The position numbers and the translations under genes are program-made. From positions 79,632-143,631 of the forward strand of contig CAVSLX010000013.1 of NCBI GenBank assembly GCA_963728735.1: 64,000 bases of DNA. Direction: 5' to 3'. Shown in pieces: positions 38,926 to 48,656 of this stretch. This DNA comes from an uncultured Actinomycetes bacterium (GTDB lineage Bacteria > Actinomycetota > UBA4738 > HRBIN12). The notes under the pieces are model-generated. The model ran no database searches, was not told the origin of the DNA, and saw only the letters and a list, made by a program, of their open reading frames with translations. Numbering within the stretch: position 1 is the first letter of the stretch; each line of letters begins with the position of its first letter.

Positions 38926-39801
38926 GTGGGGAGGTTCCGAGCGCTCGCGGTCGGGCTCGCGCTGCTGGTCGCAAGCGCCTGGTCGATCGCGGGCGTTCCG
39001 GGCCTCGCCGGGGCGCCGGGCCTCGCGTGCGCCGCCGAAGGCGGTCCGAGGGCGGCGCTCGTGGTCGACACGGGCTCGACGGTCGTGCGGCACTGCGTCG
39101 CGCTCGACGGGCAGAACGTGAGCGGTACCCACCTGATCGAGCTCGCGGCATCGCAGCACGGGCTCGCGTACGCGCTCGGTTTCGGCGGGCAGGCCGTCTG
39201 CATGCTCGCCGGCGTCGGGCCGACCGGCGGCGACTGCTGGGCGGAGTACCCCGACTACTGGGGGTACTGGCACGGCGACGGCGCGGGTGGATGGGCCTGG
39301 GCGAGCGGAAGCGCGGCGTCGTTCCGTGTCGAGGACGGCGACGTCGAGGGATGGGTCTGGGGGCCGGGCGATACCCCCTCGACGCACGCGCAGCCCCCGC
39401 GCACGAGGTTCGGCGACGTCTGCGCGCCGGTGACCCCTGCGCCGGCACCGTCCTCGGCCCCCTCGCCGAAGCCCTCGCAGGGCCCCGCAGACAACGGATC
39501 GGATCCGGTCGACACCTCGCAGGGATCACCCGACGCGGGAACACCGGGCGCGGGAGTCGAACCCGACGATCGCGAACGCGAACGTGACGACCGGCCGCCG
39601 GGGGAGAGAACGCCGACGCCGACGGATCCGTCCACGCCGGTGACGCTCGCGGGCGACGACCTGCGCGCCACCGGCACCACGGTGCCCGACGGCGGGGGTG
39701 GGCCGCCGGGCGGGCTCGTCGTGGCGCTCGTGGCCGGTCTCGGCCTCGCCGGCGCCGGCTGGCGACGACGCCGAACGCGGAATCACGCGGGCGCTGGATG
39801 A
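38926..39801 (+). CDS. surface-anchored protein with DUF4430-like (transcobalamin beta-domain-like) N-terminal domain
   Basis: Signal peptide, then YWGYWHGDG...FRVEDGDVEGWVWG (DUF4430-like). Pro/Ser-rich linker, C-terminal TM and an RRRR tail. Confidence 0.65.
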   Translation: MGRFRALAVGLALLVASAWSIAGVPGLAGAPGLACAAEGGPRAALVVDTGSTVVRHCVALDGQNVSGTHLIELAASQHGLAYALGFGGQAVCMLAGVGPTGGDCWAEYPDYWGYWHGDGAGGWAWASGSAASFRVEDGDVEGWVWGPGDTPSTHAQPPRTRFGDVCAPVTPAPAPSSAPSPKPSQGPADNGSDPVDTSQGSPDAGTPGAGVEPDDRERERDDRPPGERTPTPTDPSTPVTLAGDDLRATGTTVPDGGGGPPGGLVVALVAGLGLAGAGWRRRRTRNHAGAG

Positions 39802-40667
39802 AGGTGAGGATGGCCCGCACGAGCGAACACCGCGCGACCGACGACGCGTGGCATCCGGGCGCGTGGATCACGTGGTCGACGTGCGCGGGGCTCGTCGCGT
39901 TCGTGACGACCGATCCGGTCTACCTGCTGCTGCTCGTCGCGGTCGCATGGTTCGTGTACGCGTCACACCGGGTCCCCGGTCCCACCGCGGCGTCGTTCCG
40001 CGTCTTCTTGCTCGCCGGCCTCGTCACGATGGCGATCCGCACGACGCTCGTCGTGTTCGGGACGGTCGATATCGGCAACACCGTCTATGCGGCGCTCGAA
40101 GGGCTGCGCCTCGCGACGATCCTCGTCGTGTTCGGCACGTTCAACGCCGTGACGGATCCGTTCGGGGTCGTCCGGCTCGCACCGCGCCGGTTCCACGAGC
40201 CGGCGCTCGCCGCGGCGCTCGCGCTGTCGATCTCGCCACGCACGATCGCCGCCGTGCAGCGCGTCCGTGAAGCGCAGCGCCTGCGCGGGATCCACGTCTC
40301 GCCGATCCGCTCGCTGCCGGCGCTCGCGGTGCCCGTCCTCGAGACGGGCATGGAGGAGGCCGTCACGCTCGCGGAATCGATGGACGCGCGCGGGCACGGT
40401 CGCGGCGCCCGGAGTCGCTACCGCCCGCAGCCCTGGACCGCCGCGGCGCTCGCGGTCGTCGCGAGCGCGGTCGCGGCGCTCGTCGTCTTCCTCGCGGCGG
40501 CGTTCGGCGGCTCGGCCGAGCTCCACATGCCGACGTCACCGCTCGCCTGGCCCGAGGTCGACCTCGTCCTGCTCGCGGCGATCGGCATGCTCGCCGTGCC
40601 CGGCTTCCTCGGGGTGAACGGACGGTCCGCGGTCGTGGCCGCGCATCCCGCGCCGGTCGCGCCATGA
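39798..40667 (+). CDS. energy-coupling factor transporter transmembrane component EcfT (CbiQ family)
   Basis: CbiQ-like helices and conserved Arg-rich coupling region (AAVQRVREAQRLRGI). Confidence 0.8.
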   Translation: MKVRMARTSEHRATDDAWHPGAWITWSTCAGLVAFVTTDPVYLLLLVAVAWFVYASHRVPGPTAASFRVFLLAGLVTMAIRTTLVVFGTVDIGNTVYAALEGLRLATILVVFGTFNAVTDPFGVVRLAPRRFHEPALAAALALSISPRTIAAVQRVREAQRLRGIHVSPIRSLPALAVPVLETGMEEAVTLAESMDARGHGRGARSRYRPQPWTAAALAVVASAVAALVVFLAAAFGGSAELHMPTSPLAWPEVDLVLLAAIGMLAVPGFLGVNGRSAVVAAHPAPVAP

Positions 40668-42266
40668 CCGACGCGCTCCGCTTCGATGCCGTGACGTACG
40701 TGTATCCCGACGGCGTCCGTGCGGCGCTCGACGACGTCCACGCCTCGGTCCCCGAAGGGGCCTTCGCCCTCGCCGTCGGGCCGACCGGCGCCGGCAAGTC
40801 GACGCTGCTTCGCGCCTCGAACGGCCTCGTGCCGCATTTCACCGGAGGGCGTTTCGCCGGTTCGGTCACGGTGGGTGGGCGTGACACGCGGGCACACGCG
40901 CCGCGCGAGCTCGCCGACGTCGTCGCCTTCGTGCCCCAGGATCCCGCGGCGTCGTTCGTCCTCGACCGCGTCGAGGACGAGCTCGCCTACGGGATGGAGA
41001 ACCTCGGCGTCGATCCCGCCCACATGCGACGTCGCGTCGAGGAAGTGCTCGACCTGCTCGACATCACGACGCTGCGCCACCGGAGCGTCCGCGCGATCTC
41101 CGGCGGCGAGCGCCAGCGCGTCGCGATCGCCGCCGCCCTCGCGGCCGGCCCGCGCATCCTCGTCCTCGACGAGCCGACGTCGCAGCTCGATCCGCAGGGA
41201 GCCGAACACGTCATGGCCGCGCTGCAACGGCTCGTCCATGACCACGGCATGACCGTGGTGCTCGCGGAACACCGCCTCGAGCGGGTGGCCGGCTGGGTCG
41301 ATCTCGCGCTCGGCCTCGACGAAGGCCGCGTCACGGCCGGCACCCCCGCCGACGTGATCCACGGGTTCGCGGTCGGACCACCCGTCGCGCGCCTCGGTCG
41401 GCTCGTCGGATGGGAGCCCGTGCCACTCACGGTCCGCGACGCGCGGAACGTCGCACGCCTCCACGCGGCCCCCGGGCCCGCGACGCGCATAGGCGCTCGA
41501 GCCGGCGGCGACGTGATGCTCGCGGCGCAGGGGCTCGGCGTGCGGTTCGGCGAGCTGGCGGCCCTCCGCGGCGTCTCGCTCGAGCTCCGGGAGGGCGAGA
41601 TCGTCGCGCTGATGGGGCGGAACGGCGCCGGTAAGACGACCTTGCTCCGCGCCCTCGCCGGCGTGCTCGAGCCGTCGACCGGGAGCGTGCGGGTCGCGCG
41701 CTCCCCAGGGGTCCGCTCGTCCGGGCGGCACCGCGCCGCGGCCGGGTGTCGACGTGGCCCTGTGCCCCCAGGAGCCCGAGCGCGTCTTGTTCGCCGACTC
41801 CGTCGAGGCGGAGGTGCGCGCCACGCTCGCCGCGCGCGCCGCGCCCGACGCCGCCGCGCCGTGGCTCGAGCGGCTCGGCATCGTCGAACTCGCGGCCCGG
41901 CACCCCCGCGACCTCTCGGCCGGCCAGCGACTGCTCGTCGCGACGGCGGCGATCGCGGCGACCGAGGCGCCGGTCCTCCTGCTCGACGAACCGACCCGGG
42001 GCCTCGACCTCGAGACGAAGGACCGGCTCGCGCGCTTCCTCCGTGCACGAGCGGCCGACGGCGGCGGCACGATCGTCGCGACCCACGACGTCGAGCTCGC
42101 GGCCGCCGTGGCGACGCGGGTCGTGATGCTCGCCGGCGGCGACGTGATCGCCGACGGCGACCCCGCCGCCGTGCTGGGCGACTCCCACGTCTTCGCGCCG
42201 CAGATGACGAAGGTCTTCGGGCCTGGCTGGCTCACCCCCGAGCAGGTCGCGGAGGCGTGGGCGTGA
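40664..42266 (+). CDS. ECF transporter duplicated ATPase (EcfA-EcfA' fusion) with apparent frameshift near 41700-41760
   Basis: Two ABC domains (Walker A GPTGAGKST and GRNGAGKTT; signatures ISGGERQRV and LSAGQRL). The second domain continues in ORF 41754..42266, i.e. a different frame. Confidence 0.7.
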
Positions 42267-43177
42267 GCACGCAGGCGCCCGCCGTTCGTCGGGGCGCGAG
42301 CGTATCCGCATCGGTCGCGCGGGGAACGCACGCCCGCCCCCTCGGCGGACGTTCACGTCTCGGAACCGCCCTGCTGGTCCTGATGAACGTCGTGGGCGCG
42401 CTCGCCTTCGTGTGGCCCTTCGCGGTACCGGCCCTCGCCGGTCGTGAGCGGGGCGATTCCCCCTGGATCCTGGCGTTGCTCCTCGGCTCGCTCGGCGCGC
42501 TCCTGTTCATGGAGCTCGGAAGGGGAGGACTCGGCCCGAAGACGGTCGCGCTCCTCGGCGTGCTCGGCGCGGCCGTCGTCGCGCTGCGGCTCCCGGGATT
42601 CGTCGCCGGCTTCAGCGCGCTGTTCATCCCGGTGCTCGTCGGCGGGAACGCGTTCGGGCCGAGGTTCGGATTCCTGCTCGGGGCCGTCGGCATGTTCGCG
42701 AGCGGCCTGTTCGTCGGGGGCCTCGGGCCGTGGCTGCCGTTCCAGATGGTCGCCGTCGGCTGGGTCGGGGCCGGCGCGGGGCTCCTGCCGAAGGGCTCGT
42801 GGCGGGTGCGGGTCGGCGCGCTCGCGGCGTACGGCTTCGTCACCGGGTACCTGTACGGAGGCGTCATGAACCTGTGGTCCTGGCCGTTCGCCGCGGCCGG
42901 ATCCGCGATCGGCTGGGATCCGAACGGCACGGCCTCGGAGAACCTGCGGCGCTATGCGAGCTACTACGCCGCGACCTCGTTCCTGTGGGACACGTTCAGG
43001 GCGGTGGGGAACGCCGCCCTCGTCCTCGTCCTGGCGCGACCGCTCCTGGGGGCCCTCGACCGAGCCGCGAGGCGGATGCGTTTGGACCTCCGCCCGACGG
43101 GTACCGATCGATCGACACCCCGGTCGACGATGCCAACGGTACGAGGGACCAAGAAGCCAAAGAAGGCCAAAGAGTAG
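42263..43177 (+). CDS. integral membrane protein, putative ECF substrate-capture (S) component
   Basis: GTG start overlaps the ATPase stop (GTGA). 304 aa with six or more TM helices and a Lys-rich C-terminal tail (GTKKPKKAKE). Confidence 0.6.
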   Translation: MSTQAPAVRRGASVSASVARGTHARPLGGRSRLGTALLVLMNVVGALAFVWPFAVPALAGRERGDSPWILALLLGSLGALLFMELGRGGLGPKTVALLGVLGAAVVALRLPGFVAGFSALFIPVLVGGNAFGPRFGFLLGAVGMFASGLFVGGLGPWLPFQMVAVGWVGAGAGLLPKGSWRVRVGALAAYGFVTGYLYGGVMNLWSWPFAAAGSAIGWDPNGTASENLRRYASYYAATSFLWDTFRAVGNAALVLVLARPLLGALDRAARRMRLDLRPTGTDRSTPRSTMPTVRGTKKPKKAKE

Positions 43178-43206
43178 ACAAGAACAAGCAGGAAGGGTGA
43201 TCCGTC

Positions 43207-43425
43207 ATGACGAAGCCCCCTCCCGGGTTCCTCCAAGATCCTGACGCGTTCGTCCCCGACGAGGTCCGTGAGGTGCTCGACGAGCACACTCCCCACGACG
43301 AGCACGACGACCATGTGCACGACGAGGGCTGCGGGCACGAAGGTCTCGAGCACGACGACCACGTCGACTACCTGCACGACGGCCATCGGCACGCGTGGCA
43401 CGACAACCATTGGGACGAGCACTGA
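43207..43425 (+). CDS. histidine/aspartate-rich small protein (putative metal-binding)
   Basis: 72 aa, 25% His and 25% Asp/Glu (HDEHDDHVHDEGCGHEGLEHDDHVDYLHDGHRHAWHDNHWDEH). GGAAGGGTGA Shine-Dalgarno. Confidence 0.6.
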   Translation: MTKPPPGFLQDPDAFVPDEVREVLDEHTPHDEHDDHVHDEGCGHEGLEHDDHVDYLHDGHRHAWHDNHWDEH

Positions 43426-43622
43426 GCAGCACGTCGTTCCCCGATCCGCCAGCGCCCGATCCCTTCCGCGACCCCTGCGCAGCGTGACGTGCCCCGCGAA
43501 CGCCGGGTGGGCGACCGCCCGTGAGCGGGGCCTTTGAGCTCTCTCTGAGACCTTCTCCGAAGGCCGGCGCGCCTCCCAGACCAGGTTCGTTTGACGTCTG
43601 CGCCTCTGCCGGGGTACAAATG

Positions 43623-43661
43623 TATCGCCTCGATATCTCGGTTCGATATATCGAGGCGATA
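43623..43661. promoter_or_regulatory. perfect 14-bp inverted repeat (candidate PadR operator) with upstream -35/-10-like boxes
   Basis: TATCGCCTCGATAT, then a 10-nt spacer, then ATATCGAGGCGATA. AT-rich island in GC-rich DNA. TTGACG at 43591-43596 is followed by GTACAAAT. Confidence 0.55.
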
Positions 43662-43723
43662 ACCTATGGAACGAAGGGTGCTCTCGAGGCTCGCCTCGAG
43701 GGCAACAGGATGAAGGGACGGTC

Positions 43724-44241
43724 GTGCTCGAGCTCGCGATCCTGGGACTGCTCAAGGAGCGCCCCATGCACGGCTACCAGCTCTCCCGTGAGCTGAGCGA
43801 GCGCTCGGGGGCCTTCTGGCGGGTCTCCTACGGGTCGCTGTATCCCTCGCTCCGGCGTCTGGAAAGTGCCGGCGCGGTCGAGGCGACGACGACCGAGAGA
43901 CCGTCGCCCGGAGCAGCGCGCGGGGCAAGGGACGACGCAAGACCGTCTACCGGATCACCGAGACGCGGCGAGGCGCTGTTCCTCGGCTGCTGCAAGAGAC
44001 CCCGCACGAAGGACAGGCCGAGGACGCGCGGTTCCGGGTGCGGTTGGCGTTCTTCCGCTACCTCCCCCCGGAGACCCGCATCCGGCTGATGGAACGGCGT
44101 CGCGGCCTGCTAGGAGCGGCTCGGCGCGTTCACCGACTGCGATCCGCTCGGCGCCGGGCCGACGACGAGTACACGCGCGCGCTGATGGAGCACGGCCGCG
44201 CCGCCACCGAGCCCGACATCGCGTGGCTCGACCGGGTCTGA
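43724..44241 (+). pseudogene. PadR family regulator, frameshifted (N-terminal wHTH in frame 1, C-terminal domain in frame 3)
   Basis: [54 protein letters not shown], then the frame is lost. ...[18 protein letters not shown]...[28 protein letters not shown] continues in a different frame. Confidence 0.6.
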
Positions 44242-44335
44242 TCATGGCCGAGCGCACGCGGCAACGGCATCACCGCCCCCCCGGGGGATCTGGCGTCGCG
44301 CAACGGCGACGCTCCGCAGGAAGGAGCGCACATCA

Positions 44336-45440
44336 TGAGCGAGGTTCGCATCGCGATCGTGGGCGTGGGCAACTGCGCCTCGTCCCTCGTGCAGGGCCTC
44401 GACGTACTACGAGGACGCCGATCCCGAACGCCGACGTCCCCGGGCTGATGCACGTCGAGCTCGGCGGGTACCACATCCGCGACATCGAGGTCGTGGCCGC
44501 GTTCGACGTCGACGCGAAGAAGGTCGGCAAGGACGTCGCCGAGGCCATCTTCACCGAGCCGAACAACACGATCCGGTTCTCCGACGTGCGCGCCGACTGG
44601 GCGTCACGGTCCAGCGCGGCCGCACCCTCGACGGCCTCGGCACCTACTACCGCGAGGTCGTCGACCGAGTCCGACGAGCCCGAGGTGGACGTCGTGCAGG
44701 TGCTGCGCGACACGCGAGGCCGACGTGATGGTGCGCTACCTGCCGGTGGGCTCCGAGCAGGCGGACCGGTACTACGCGCAGTGCGCGATCGACGCGGGCG
44801 TCGCGTTCGTGAACGCCCTCCCGGTGTTCATCGCGAGCGACCCGGCGTGGGCGAAGCGATTCGCCGACGCCCGCGTGCCGATCGTCGGCGACGACATCAA
44901 GAGCCAGGTCGGCGCCACGATCACGCACCGCGTGCTCGCGAAGCTCTTCGAGGACCGTGGCGTGAAGCTCGACCGGACGTACCAGCTGAACTTCGGCGGC
45001 AACATGGACTTCATGAACATGCTGGAGCGCGAGCGGCTCATGTCGAAGAAGATCTCGAAGACGCAGTCGGTCCAGTCCCAGCTGGACGACGCCGCTGCCG
45101 ACAAGGACGACATCCACATCGGCCCCTCCGACCACGTCCCGTGGCTGGAGGACCGCAAGTGGGCGATGATCCGGCTCGAGGGCCGGAACTTCGGCGACGT
45201 CCCCCTCATCGATCGAGATGAAGCTCGAGGTCTGGGACTCGCCGAACTCCGCCGGCGTCATCATCGACGCGGTGCGGTGCGCGAAGATCGCCAAGGACCG
45301 CGGGATCGGCGGGCCCGCTGATCGGGCCGAGCGCCTACTTCATGAAGTGCCCGCCGGTGCAGTTCACCGACGAGATGGCGCGCGAGATGGTCGAGCAGTT
45401 CATCGCGGGCACGGGCGAGGCCGCCAACGCGGACTGGACG
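44336..45440 (+). pseudogene. ino1: inositol-3-phosphate synthase (Ino1), at least six frameshifts
   Basis: Recognisable Ino1 blocks in three alternating frames: [21 protein letters not shown]; [31 protein letters not shown]; [36 protein letters not shown]...[26 protein letters not shown]; [31 protein letters not shown]; [18 protein letters not shown]. Confidence 0.7.
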
Positions 45441-45499
45441 GCGTTCTTCGACGTCACGCCTAGGCGTGAGCTCGCCCGACGGTCGCGGCGACAGCCAGG

Positions 45500-46825
45500 A
45501 TGGCCCGCGGGCACGCGGAGCACGTGCGTGGCGCCCTGGCCGGGCCGGACTTCCGCCGGCTGCTCGCGTTCCGGCTGGTCGGGCAGGTCGGCGACGGGCT
45601 CTTCCAGGTCGCGCTCCTCGCCTCGGTCGTGTTCGCGCCCGAGCAACAGAGCACGACCGTCGGCCTGTTCTGACGGTGCTACGTGACGTCGCGCTGCCGT
45701 TCACGCTGCTCGGGCCGTTCGTCGGCGTCTTCATCGATCGGTGGCCGCGCCGTCGGATCCTCGCCGTCGCGCCGCTCGTGAAGGCGGCGCTCCTGCCGCT
45801 CGTGATGCTCGACCCCACGCTGGGGCGCCGCGTTCTACGTCGGCGCGCTCGCGGTGATCTCGGTGAACCGATTCTACCTCGCCACCGCCAGCGCCGTGGT
45901 GCCCCGGCTCGTGGCCGGCGAGGACCTCCTCATCGCGAACTCGATCGCGACCGTGGGCGGCACGGTCGCGATCCTCGCTCGGCGTGTTCGTGGGCGGCAA
46001 GGTGGCCGACGCGACTCGGACCCATCTCCCGGCGGTCGCCGCGGCCGGGCGCGTGTTGGCTGGTCGTCTCGTGGCTTCGCCTCGACGGATCCGCAACGAC
46101 CTGGCGCCGCATGACGGTGCCGCCGGATCCGGAGCTGCTCCGCCACGAGGCGCGGCGCGTGGTGGCGGAGATCGCGCGACGGGGCGACGCGGCTCGCGCG
46201 CACGCCCCTCGCGCTCGGCCCGATCGTCGTCGTTCACGCTCGACCAGGTGGGCCAGGGGATCATCCTCACCCTCTCGCTCGTCGTGTTCCGCGAGCGAGT
46301 TCGGGGAGGGGGTCGGCTCGTTCTCCAACATGATCGGCGCCGGCGGCCTCGGGGTCTTCCTCGGGATCGTGACGGTCGGATGGCTGGAGCGCCGATTCGC
46401 GAAGGAGCGGATCGTCGCGGTGTCGTTCGCTGTCGGCGGGGTCGCCCTGCTGGGCGTGGCGGTGCATCACCGGACGTCACGATCCTGCTCGCGCGCTTCG
46501 TCGTCGGGCTGACGTTCGCGTGGAAGAAGATCCCCGTCGACACGATGGTCCAGGAGTCGCTCCCCGACGGCTACCGCGGCCGCGTCTTCGCGGCCTACGA
46601 CGTCGTCGTACAACGCCTGCGCGGGTCGATCGCGGCCGGGATCGCGATCCCGATGTTCCCGGCGTTCGGCACGCGGTGGTCGGTCGCCGTGGTCGGCATC
46701 GCGTTCCTGCGTGGACGCCGGTGCTGCCCCGGTGGGTCGGTCCCGCTCGCGAGGGCGACGGGACGATCGACCACGAGCCGGGCGCGGCCGCGCCCCCCCA
46801 AGATCCCGGACCCTCGGCTACGTAG
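45500..46825 (+). pseudogene. MFS transporter, multiple frameshifts
   Basis: MFS segments (RRLLAFRLVGQVGDGLFQVALLASVVF; LTVLRDVALPFTLLGPFVGVFIDRWPRRRIL; SVNRFYLATASAVVPRLVAGEDLLIANS; FVVGLTFAWKKIPVDTMVQESLPDGYRGRVFAAYDVV) are spread over three frames. Confidence 0.5.
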
Positions 46826-47003
46826 GTCTGCCTACCGCGCGAGCGGGAGCTCGAAACCGCAGGTCACGGGTATCAACTTCCGGCGCGATGTGCGTCATCA
46901 TCGCCCGTGCTCGGAGGTTCCACCGCCGGAACCGGATTCGCGAACGGAGCGCGAGGCACCACCCGGACGGCGGCCGCAGAGACGAGACGAGGAGGAGGCC
47001 CGG

Positions 47004-47141
47004 ATGGCGCACGCGACCCACCGACCCGGCACCGACGGCGATTGTCCCGACTGCAGGGAGGTCGCGTACGAGCCGAGCTGGTACGCGGCGCTCGTCGCCT
47101 TCGACGTCCAGATCGTGCACCGGGAGCCGGTGACCGCCTGA
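47004..47141 (+). CDS. hypothetical small CxxC protein
   Basis: 45 aa (MAHATHRPGTDGDCPDCREVAYEPSWYAALVAFDVQIVHREPVTA). GGAGGAGG Shine-Dalgarno 5 nt upstream of the ATG. Confidence 0.35.
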   Translation: MAHATHRPGTDGDCPDCREVAYEPSWYAALVAFDVQIVHREPVTA

Positions 47142-47393
47142 CCGCCTCCCCATCCCCCGGAGACGCGTTCGGCGCGGCGCCGGCGCCCCCGGTGCACCCA
47201 CGAAGTACCGAACAGGTCCCTCCCGCCGGCGGAACGCCGACCACGCGAACGGCCGGCGCCGCCGCTCCCGGCCATCCGCGCCCCGTGTGAACGGGTGCAC
47301 GGCGCGCCGCCGGCGGGAGGCTCCACCACCCGATGGCCACGCCACGGATGGGCCCGTGTGCTCGAGCGGTCCGCGCGCCCGGACCGCTCGAGC

Positions 47394-48656
47394 TCAGGCG
47401 GCGGTCGCCGCCGGTTCGACCGAGGGAGCCGCCTCGATCGCGCGGCGGCGAGCCCAGAGCACCGCGAGCCCGGTGAGCACCGCGATCCCGCCCGTGAGCG
47501 CGAACCCCTGCCGCACCCCGACGTGCTCGGCGAACCATCCGATCACCGGTGAGCCGATCGGCGTCGAGCCGAGGAACACCGCGCCGTAGATCGCCATCAC
47601 GCGACCGCGCGCCTCGGGTTTCGCGTGCACCTGGAGCATCGTGTTCCCGTTGATCATGAACGCCATCGAGACGAAGCCCATCGGCACCATCACGGCGAGC
47701 GCGAAGGGCAGGCTCGGTGAGGCACCGAGCAGCAGGAGCCCCAGGCCGAACGCCGTCGTCAGCACGCCGAGCGCGAGGTACGACGGGCGGGCGTTGCGGT
47801 GCGCCATCGTCATCGCGCCGACGAACGAACCCAGGCCGGCCACGGCCGACAGCCATCCGAACGTGCCCGCGTCACCGTCGAACGTTCGCTCGGCGAGCAG
47901 CGGTACGAGCACCATGAACTGGAACGAGAACGTGAACACGATCGCGAGCACGATGAGAGGACGCCGAAGGTCCAGGGTCGACCACACGTAGCGGAAGCCC
48001 GCCAGGAGGTGCCCACGCTCCCGGGTGCTCCGACGCTGCGCGTGAAGCTCGGACGTGCGCATCGCGACGAGGGCGCCGATCACGGCGAGGTAGGAGAGAC
48101 CGTCGATCAGGAACGGCCAGGCGAGACCGACGGTCGAGATCAAGATGCCGGCCACCGCGGGGCCGACGATCCGAGCGCCGGTGAACGCGGCGCTGTTCAG
48201 GCTCACCGCGTTCGTGAGGGCTTCTTCGCCCACCATCTCGACGTAGAAGCTCTGGCGAGCGGGGTTGTCGAACGCGGTGACGAGTCCGGTCGAAAGCGAG
48301 AGCGCGTAGACGATCGGCAGCGTGGCGATATCGGTCACCACCAGGGAGAACAGCAGCAACGCGAGCACGCCGTAGCACGCCTGCGTCGTGATCAGGATCT
48401 TCCGCTTGTCGAAGCGGTCGGCGATCACCCCGCCCCACGGCCCGAGCAGGAGCAGCGGTCCGAACGCGAGCGCCGCGTTCACGCCGATCGCCGTGCCGCT
48501 CCCCGAAAGCTGCAGCACGAGCCACGACGACGTCGTGAAGTGCATCCATGTGCCGGTTGCCGAGACCACCTGACCGAGCAGGTACAGGCGGAAGTTCCGC
48601 GACGAGCGCGCGGACGCGAACGTGCGATGGACCGCTGCCTCGACGCGGGGGCTCAC
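47394..48656 (-). CDS. MFS transporter (EntS/MFS_1-like, 12 TMS)
   Basis: 420 aa with clean MFS topology. Confidence 0.85.
   Translation of the reverse strand: MSPRVEAAVHRTFASARSSRNFRLYLLGQVVSATGTWMHFTTSSWLVLQLSGSGTAIGVNAALAFGPLLLLGPWGGVIADRFDKRKILITTQACYGVLALLLFSLVVTDIATLPIVYALSLSTGLVTAFDNPARQSFYVEMVGEEALTNAVSLNSAAFTGARIVGPAVAGILISTVGLAWPFLIDGLSYLAVIGALVAMRTSELHAQRRSTRERGHLLAGFRYVWSTLDLRRPLIVLAIVFTFSFQFMVLVPLLAERTFDGDAGTFGWLSAVAGLGSFVGAMTMAHRNARPSYLALGVLTTAFGLGLLLLGASPSLPFALAVMVPMGFVSMAFMINGNTMLQVHAKPEARGRVMAIYGAVFLGSTPIGSPVIGWFAEHVGVRQGFALTGGIAVLTGLAVLWARRRAIEAAPSVEPAATAA

Noticed and set aside
37601-39871. 756-aa minus ORF 37601..39871 and other long antisense ORFs across the riboswitch operon
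   Set aside because: Arg/Pro-rich, antisense to secreted-protein genes with signal peptides and strong SDs.
43866-45221. 451-aa plus ORF 43866..45221 presented as one protein
   Set aside because: It is a chimera. Its middle is one of three frames of the frameshifted ino1 gene. Its N-terminal 190 codons are junk.
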